The notes beneath the pieces were generated by a model, which saw only the letters and a program-made list of their open reading frames with translations, did no database searches and was not told where the DNA came from. DNA of 64,000 nucleotides from positions 28,054 to 92,053 of the forward strand of contig MGMS01000009.1 of NCBI GenBank assembly GCA_001796515.1. The letters run 5' to 3'. The translations under genes were made by a program, and so were the position numbers. Positions 58,501 through 64,000 of the stretch are shown here, piece by piece. This DNA comes from Chloroflexi bacterium RBG_13_51_36 (GTDB taxonomy: Bacteria > Chloroflexota > Dehalococcoidia > GIF9 > AB-539-J10). The stretch's first letter is position 1; every line of letters starts with the position of its first letter.

Positions 58501-59186
58501 AAGAGTCTTTCACAGTTCACGACCTACCAATCGATGAGCGCCCGAGGGAGAGGCTGTTGAAGCTGGGCAGCGAAGCTCTCTCTGCCCAGGAGATTCTGGC
58601 TATAATCCTGGGTCGAGGGACCAAAGGTGAGTCTGTCATGATGATTAGCCAGAAGATGTTGAGCCGGTTCGGCAATCTGAAAAGCATTGCCGATGCCTCC
58701 GTGGAAGAGTTGACTCAGACGAAAGGTATTGGACCAGCCAAGGCGGCGCAGATCAAAGCTGCCCTGGAATTAAGCAAGAGGCTGGAAGCGGATGCCGGTG
58801 AAGGGCCGAAGCCCATGCTCAAGTCCCCCGAGGATGTAGCTGCCGCGGTGAGGAGCCAACTGAAAGGCAAGAAGAAGGAGCATTTCTTGGTACTTTGCCT
58901 GGATACCAGAAATAGGTTAATTAAACGTATGCTGGTTTCCATGGGTAGCCTGGACACCAGCATTGTTCATCCCCGGGAGGTGTTTAAGGAAGCGGTATCT
59001 TCCTGTGCGGCCTCAGTAATTTTTGCTCATAACCATCCGTCGGGTGACCCCGAGCCATCCAAGGAGGATGTTGAGCTAACCAAGCGGTTGGCTAAAGCTG
59101 GAGAGATTATGGGCATCGATGTCCTTGACCACATCATCGTCTGCGATAAGAGTCACGTGAGCCTGAAAGCGAGGAACTTGTTCTAG
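58497..59186 (+). CDS. radC: RadC-like JAB domain protein (UPF0758)
   Basis: HhH 'ELTQTKGIGPAKAAQIKAALEL' and JAMM motif 'HNHPSGDPEPSKED'. 4-nt ATGA overlap with the upstream gene. Confidence 0.85.
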   Translation: MKESFTVHDLPIDERPRERLLKLGSEALSAQEILAIILGRGTKGESVMMISQKMLSRFGNLKSIADASVEELTQTKGIGPAKAAQIKAALELSKRLEADAGEGPKPMLKSPEDVAAAVRSQLKGKKKEHFLVLCLDTRNRLIKRMLVSMGSLDTSIVHPREVFKEAVSSCAASVIFAHNHPSGDPEPSKEDVELTKRLAKAGEIMGIDVLDHIIVCDKSHVSLKARNLF

Positions 59187-59230
59187 GTCAATTTACTGCA
59201 CGTTAATTTCTGGGATATACTGTTGAGCAA

Positions 59231-60364
59231 GTGAGTATCGTGAAGACCAGCGAAAGAAGCGAAGTTTTCTTCTTCCCCTATGACAAGGGAAGGGCTTTCC
59301 TCAGAGGGTTGAGGATTCTCTTCTCCAAGGTAGCCGATGTTGTCTCTGAAGGTGATTCGGTAGCAGTGAAGGTGCACATGGGAGAGTATGGAGGGAGTGC
59401 TTATTTGCGCCCGCCGATAGTGCGCCGGGCCTGTGATTTGATCAAAGAGGCTGGAGGCAGACCGTTTGTGACCGATACCACTACTCTCTATCCCGTAGGG
59501 AGATTCACTGCCAGCAAATATCTGGCTACGGCGGCCCGCAATGGCTTCACCGAGGAATCGGTGGGAGCGCCCGTGATTATCGCTGATGGAGAACGGAGCT
59601 ATGATGGAGAATGGGTCGATGTCCCCGGACAGATCGCTGACCGCCCCTTGGATAAGGCAAAGGTAGCCAGTAGGATTTTCAGCGCTGACTCTATGGTAGT
59701 TCTGTCCCACTTGAAGGGACATGAACGGGCGGGCTTTGGCGGCTCTATCAAGAATGTGGCCATGGGCTGTGTTACCAAGGAGTCGAAAGCCGGTCAACAT
59801 AGGGCAAATCGGGCTGTCATTGATATCTCCAAATGCAACGGCTGTGGAAAGTGCGTTGAGGCATGCCCGTTTGACGCTCTGTCGCTGGTCGAGGAAAAGA
59901 TGGTGCGTGATGATGTGAAATGTATGGATTGCAGTCATTGCCTTTATCTCTGCCCGGAGAGTGTTTACTCTTTGCCGCCGCGGGCCAAGGAGAAGTTTCA
60001 AGTTTATCTGGCTCATGCTGCCGTTGGGGTGCTAAGCCGGTTTCACTCCAAAGTGGCTTTCATCAATTTCGTTCAGGATGTGACCCAGTCATGTGACTGT
60101 GTGGCGCCGTCAGGTTTTCCGGTCGTTTCCGATATTGGTATCCTGGACTCCACGGACGTGGTGGCCATTGACAAGGCATCGTTGGATTTGATTGCTCAAA
60201 GCAAGCCCTTGGGGAAATTTGCTGGCACTGGCTCTCCCGATATACTGGGCGAGATAAATGGCACGGATAGCCTGTCAAATAAGGACCGCCCAGGAGCTTG
60301 GCCTGGGCAACATAGAATACCACCTGTAACGGCAAAAATAATCGAACAACCGAAGTTCGCATGA
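59231..60364 (+). CDS. DUF362 domain protein with 4Fe-4S ferredoxin insert
   Basis: 'AVKVHMGEYGG' DUF362 N-terminus. 'CNGCGKCVEACP' and 'CMDCSHCLYLCP' are two ferredoxin motifs. Confidence 0.65.
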   Translation: MSIVKTSERSEVFFFPYDKGRAFLRGLRILFSKVADVVSEGDSVAVKVHMGEYGGSAYLRPPIVRRACDLIKEAGGRPFVTDTTTLYPVGRFTASKYLATAARNGFTEESVGAPVIIADGERSYDGEWVDVPGQIADRPLDKAKVASRIFSADSMVVLSHLKGHERAGFGGSIKNVAMGCVTKESKAGQHRANRAVIDISKCNGCGKCVEACPFDALSLVEEKMVRDDVKCMDCSHCLYLCPESVYSLPPRAKEKFQVYLAHAAVGVLSRFHSKVAFINFVQDVTQSCDCVAPSGFPVVSDIGILDSTDVVAIDKASLDLIAQSKPLGKFAGTGSPDILGEINGTDSLSNKDRPGAWPGQHRIPPVTAKIIEQPKFA

Positions 60365-60413
60365 TCAGAGCAGATTTGATATTCCTCAGGATCTGAACAC
60401 TGTTTACAATAAC

Positions 60414-60839
60414 ATGGAAGATATTGACCTGGCTCGCTCTCTTTTGAAGGACGACAAGCAGCATCTCGTTATAGTGAAAAAGGGACAGGTTCTTTTCACT
60501 TCCAGAGAGCGGGGAATAGCTCCCTTCTTCCAGGCCGTCAAGAGCATGGAAAAAGATTTACATAATGCTGCCGTGGCTGACCGCGTCGTGGGCTTAGCGG
60601 TAGCTATGCTGTGTCTCCATGCTCGAATAGCTTCGGTATACGGTGGCATAGCGAGCCAGAAGGCGCTTGATATGCTGAAAAAGAAAGGGGTGGCCGTTAG
60701 TAGTGGAAACACAGTGCCCTATATCTCGAACTACGATGGCACAGACTTGTGTCCTTTCGAGAAGCTGGCAGAGAGTTGCCGAAAGCCTTCTCAGTTGTTT
60801 GCGGCGTTATTGGCTCTTTTCGCCGAAGGGGGCCAGTGA
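60414..60839 (+). CDS. small conserved hypothetical protein (possibly DUF1893-like)
   Basis: 141 aa. 'LVIVKKGQVLFTSRERGIAPFF'. Family assignment is from memory only. Confidence 0.4.
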   Translation: MEDIDLARSLLKDDKQHLVIVKKGQVLFTSRERGIAPFFQAVKSMEKDLHNAAVADRVVGLAVAMLCLHARIASVYGGIASQKALDMLKKKGVAVSSGNTVPYISNYDGTDLCPFEKLAESCRKPSQLFAALLALFAEGGQ

Positions 60840-62416
60840 AGAAAAACTGGCATCGTGTCGTATTGTCTATCCTCCTAGCGGCCTTATTGGCTTCCCCTTC
60901 GATCGCTTGCCAGTTCTTCAGCCCCCAGGGCGATCTGGCCCTCTGGGATACTGGACCGCTAACACTTGATCCGGCGATTTCTGCCGACACGTCTTCTCAT
61001 AGCTACGTTATGCAAATCTTCTCTGGATTGGTCCGTCTCGACCGGGAGCTAAAAATAGTGCCCGATATTGCCGAGAGATGGGAGGAAAGCCCCGACGGCA
61101 AAACATATACTTTCCACCTCCGCCACGGGGTGAAATTCCATGATGGCAATGAGGTTGAAGCTGCCGATTTCAAATACTCATGGCAGCGGGCTTGTGACCC
61201 TGCTACTGGTTCTGGCACGGCCGCTACGTATCTGGGCGATATCGTTGGAGCCAAGAATATGTTGGCAGGAGAGACAGAAGAAATCTCCGGCGCAGAAGTC
61301 GTCGATGAGTACACCCTTCGAGTTACCATTGATGCTCCCAAAGCTTATTTCCTGGACAAGCTGGCTTATCCCACCGCTTTTGTGGTGGATAGGGCAAATG
61401 TGGAGTCCGGGCAAAACTGGTGGCTAGAGCCAAACGGCACTGGGCCATTCAAGCTGCAAGAATGGAGACCGGGACAGTGGCTGATTCTGGCGCGTAATCA
61501 GACGTATTACGGCGAACCTGCCAAATTAGAGCAGGTCGTTTTCCGACTTCTCGCTGCTCCGGCCATGGCCTTATACGAAATGGGGCAGATTGATGTCGCC
61601 CCCGTTTCCACGAGCTATATTGACCAGGCTAGTGATGAGGCCGGCCCACTTCATCTGGAGATGGCCGTAACGCCTGAGCTCGGTCTGTATTACGTTGGCT
61701 TTAACACTGCTGAACCTCCCTTCGACGATGTTAATGTGCGTCGTGCCTTCTGTCATGCTGTGGACAAAGAGCATATTGTCAAGGTGATACTGAGGGACAT
61801 GGTAAATGTAGCCGACGGGATTCTGCCGCCGGGCATGCCTGGCTATAATGAGGCTCTCGAGGGACTGGACTACGACGTAGAAGAGGCGAAAGCTCTCATC
61901 GCTGCCTCGAAATACGGGGATGTCTCAAACTTACCTCCCATTACCCTGACCGTTGACGGCTATGGCAATAACATCCCCAGCTATCTGGGCGCCATCATTC
62001 AGGAATGGCAGCGAAACCTCGGCGTGGAAGTCTCGGTCAGGCAACTGGAAACAGGGAGATTCCTTTATAACTTGAAACAAGAGAAGGATGAGATGTTCAT
62101 GCTGGGATGGATAGCTGACTACCCCGACCCGCATAATTTCCTGGATATCCTTTTTCATACCGGCAGTGAGAACAATATCTTCGAATACAGTGACCCCAGC
62201 CTGGATGCTTTACTTGACCAGGCAGCAATAGAACAAGACGAGACAGAGCGTCTGGCTATGTACCAACAGGCGGAGCAGTTGGTAGTTGATGATGCCCCTT
62301 GTATTCCCCTGTTTCATGGCGCCAACTATATCCTGGTGAAGTCCTATGTCGAAGAGTATGAGCTCAGCCCCCTGGGTATTCCCGACCTGAGCAGGGTGTA
62401 CATCGACAACGGCTGA
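60836..62416 (+). CDS. ABC transporter substrate-binding lipoprotein, family 5 (peptide/nickel type)
   Basis: GTG start overlapping the upstream stop. Signal peptide with Cys lipobox 'LASPSIAC'. SBP_bac_5 motifs 'GLVRLDRELKIVPDIAERWE' and 'FHLRHGVKFHDG'. Confidence 0.8.
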   Translation: MKKNWHRVVLSILLAALLASPSIACQFFSPQGDLALWDTGPLTLDPAISADTSSHSYVMQIFSGLVRLDRELKIVPDIAERWEESPDGKTYTFHLRHGVKFHDGNEVEAADFKYSWQRACDPATGSGTAATYLGDIVGAKNMLAGETEEISGAEVVDEYTLRVTIDAPKAYFLDKLAYPTAFVVDRANVESGQNWWLEPNGTGPFKLQEWRPGQWLILARNQTYYGEPAKLEQVVFRLLAAPAMALYEMGQIDVAPVSTSYIDQASDEAGPLHLEMAVTPELGLYYVGFNTAEPPFDDVNVRRAFCHAVDKEHIVKVILRDMVNVADGILPPGMPGYNEALEGLDYDVEEAKALIAASKYGDVSNLPPITLTVDGYGNNIPSYLGAIIQEWQRNLGVEVSVRQLETGRFLYNLKQEKDEMFMLGWIADYPDPHNFLDILFHTGSENNIFEYSDPSLDALLDQAAIEQDETERLAMYQQAEQLVVDDAPCIPLFHGANYILVKSYVEEYELSPLGIPDLSRVYIDNG

Positions 62417-62694
62417 ATGTCAGGCCGCAAAGGCCAAATTCCAAAATCCAAACGACAAAACTACTCCTTCCTGGAGCTTCGTTCGAGTTTTGAGCTTTGA
62501 CATTTGAGCCTTGTCGGTCGATATTTCTTGCGGTCCAGGAATTAGTATTTGGAGGCTCTCTTAAGTGCTTGGGATTCAGCATTTTTGTGCCGCAGGGCTG
62601 GGGCTTATCCCTTGCCGCACCGCTGCCTGACAGTCCGATGGCTATGTCGGGGTAGTATGTGGTGGTATAATCATAAGGGATGGAAAGGGAGGCG

Positions 62695-63690
62695 ATGTTG
62701 TATGAGGCGCTCCCTGGTGGTATGGCCAGGTGTCACGTTTGCCAGTGGAGATGCCTTATCAACCCCGGTAAGCTGGGCGTCTGTCGGATGCGCATCAATC
62801 GGGATGGCAAAATCTTTGCAATGAACTATGCCGAGGTGTCTTCCATGGCGCCCGACCATATTGAAAAGAAACCTCTATTTCATTTCTTCCCTGGCACCTA
62901 TGCATTTTCCCTGGGCGGTTGGGGATGCAATTTTCACTGCAAAGGATGCCAGAATTGGGAAATTTCCTGTACGGATATCCCGCGCGGTTCCCAGCAATTG
63001 CTCCCGGAGAGAGAGATTGAGCTGACCAAGAACCATAACTGCCAGGGCATTGCCTGGACTTACAACGAGCCGGCAATTTGGCTTGAATATACCCTGGATT
63101 CAGCCAGGCTGGCCAAAGAAAACAAGCTCTACACCGTTTATGTGACCAATGGTTATGCCACGGCTGAGGCTCTGGATGCCATAGGGCCGTGGCTCGATGC
63201 CTGGAGGGTGGATGTCAAGGGCTTCACCGACCGGTTCTATCGCCAGTTAGCCAAAATCCCTCACTGGCAGGGCATTCTGGAGGTCGCCAGGCGGGCTAAA
63301 GAGAAATGGCACATGCATGTCGAGGTGGTAACCAATATCATTCCCACGATGAACGACGACGAAGAGCAGCTCAGGAACATTGCTACCTGGATTCGAGATG
63401 ATCTGGGTGAGCTTACCCCCTGGCACGTGACTCGTTTTCACCCGCTGCACGAATTCACTAATCTGTCAGCTACCCCATTATCGACGTTGGAGAAGGCTCA
63501 CAAGATTGGGAAAGAGGCCGGGCTGAAGTTCGTCTATCTGGGTAATGTGCCGGGGCACGCGTATGAGAATACCGTTTGTTATTCCTGTGGCAAAGAGATT
63601 GTTCATCGCATCGGGTATGACACTCAGGTAGTGGGTTTGGACGGCTCGAAGTGTAAATTCTGCGGAGCCGAGCTTAATTTCCGGGCATAG
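62695..63690 (+). CDS. AmmeMemoRadiSam system radical SAM enzyme
   Basis: N-terminal 'CHVCQWRCLINPGKLGVCRMR' zinc ribbon and radical SAM 'GGWGCNFHCKGCQNW'. C-terminal 'CYSCGKE...CKFCG'. RBS GGGAGG before the ATG at 62695. Confidence 0.8.
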   Translation: MLYEALPGGMARCHVCQWRCLINPGKLGVCRMRINRDGKIFAMNYAEVSSMAPDHIEKKPLFHFFPGTYAFSLGGWGCNFHCKGCQNWEISCTDIPRGSQQLLPEREIELTKNHNCQGIAWTYNEPAIWLEYTLDSARLAKENKLYTVYVTNGYATAEALDAIGPWLDAWRVDVKGFTDRFYRQLAKIPHWQGILEVARRAKEKWHMHVEVVTNIIPTMNDDEEQLRNIATWIRDDLGELTPWHVTRFHPLHEFTNLSATPLSTLEKAHKIGKEAGLKFVYLGNVPGHAYENTVCYSCGKEIVHRIGYDTQVVGLDGSKCKFCGAELNFRA

Positions 63691-63810
63691 TAGTTGCCCA
63701 ATTCATTGGGCAAGAGAAGCCTGTCGAATCAGGCAACTACATATGTTCTTGCCCTCACCTTGATCCTCTCCTATCCGGGGGAGGGAAAGGGATGGGAAGG
63801 GAGGTGTCAT

Positions 63811-64000
63811 ATGGCAGAAGGGGAGCTTCATCCTGTAGTGAAGCTGGCCAAGGAAGCGGTGGAAAGCTATGTTCGAGAGGGTAGAATACACAAACCGAAG
63901 GAGCTGACACCGGAAATGAGAGAGCAGGCAGGGGTCTTTGTTTCCCTTCATGAACACGGGCAACTAAGAGGGTGCATTGGCACCTTTGAACCCGCCAAAT
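63811..64000 (+). CDS. AMMECR1 domain protein (5' partial, runs off window)
   Basis: '[21 protein letters not shown]' is the AMMECR1 signature. RBS GGGAAGGGAGG upstream. Confidence 0.75.
   Translation, partial: MAEGELHPVVKLAKEAVESYVREGRIHKPKELTPEMREQAGVFVSLHEHGQLRGCIGTFEPAK

Noticed and set aside
59183-60016. 277-aa ORF on the minus strand, entirely inside the DUF362/ferredoxin gene
   Set aside because: It is antisense to a gene with clear ferredoxin and DUF362 motifs and has no motif of its own. It is a typical shadow ORF of a GC-biased third codon position.
1-64000. Looked for CRISPR arrays, rRNA genes and tandem repeats
   Set aside because: No regularly spaced direct repeats with unique spacers and no rRNA-like conserved blocks were seen. 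The only tandem-like structure is the short overlapping palindrome in the PadR promoter.

Overview
Most of this 64 kb window is ordinary bacterial housekeeping DNA. The exception is a 4.9 kb degenerate integrative element at tRNA-Lys that carries one large, uncharacterised candidate nuclease gene.

The gene content (see features) suggests a Chloroflexota / Dehalococcoidia-like chromosome, but that attribution is a guess. The housekeeping backbone includes a YebC-family regulator followed by ruvC-ruvA, ppsA, dgt-dnaG-rpoD, ffh, pheA, trkHA, recO, rpsP plus a KH-domain gene, nfi, and radC. It also includes prfB with the conserved +1 programmed frameshift site CTT-TGA-C. A complete archaeal-type A/V ATPase operon is present in the order H-I-K-E-C-F-A-B-D, followed by a UPF0216/DUF61-like gene. 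At the right end sits a partial AmmeMemoRadiSam system, with the radical SAM gene followed by the start of an AMMECR1 gene.

Three places look accessory or foreign.

(i) Positions 12321..17256 are bounded by a perfect 42-bp direct repeat. That repeat is the 3' part of tRNA-Lys(TTT), so the region is a ~4.9 kb integrative element inserted into that tRNA. It carries a 5'-truncated-to-96-aa (i.e. C-terminally deleted) tyrosine integrase remnant, two excisionase-type HTH genes, a HUH rolling-circle Rep and a LuxR-type regulator. Its single large cargo gene encodes 735 aa: an N-terminal PHP metal-dependent phosphoesterase domain fused to a Schlafen/AlbA_2-like domain and a long C-terminal region of unknown function. 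This is a candidate novel nucleic-acid-targeting (defence?) protein. It is bracketed by ~40-bp arm-like repeats.

(ii) More tRNA 3' fragments lie at 545..581 and 17626..17668. The second sits beside an intact tRNA-Gly(CCC). This points to repeated integration and decay at a tRNA hotspot.

(iii) An AT-rich patch at 43.5-45.3 kb holds an IS6/IS240-family transposase with a zinc finger.

Other observations: a perfect 30-bp palindromic operator lies in the PadR promoter. An archaeo-eukaryotic DRG-type GTPase is present. There is a divergent pair of paralogous ADP-forming acyl-CoA synthetase alpha-like genes next to two acyl-CoA dehydrogenases. There is a GIDE-LemA fusion protein. No CRISPR array or rRNA was found.
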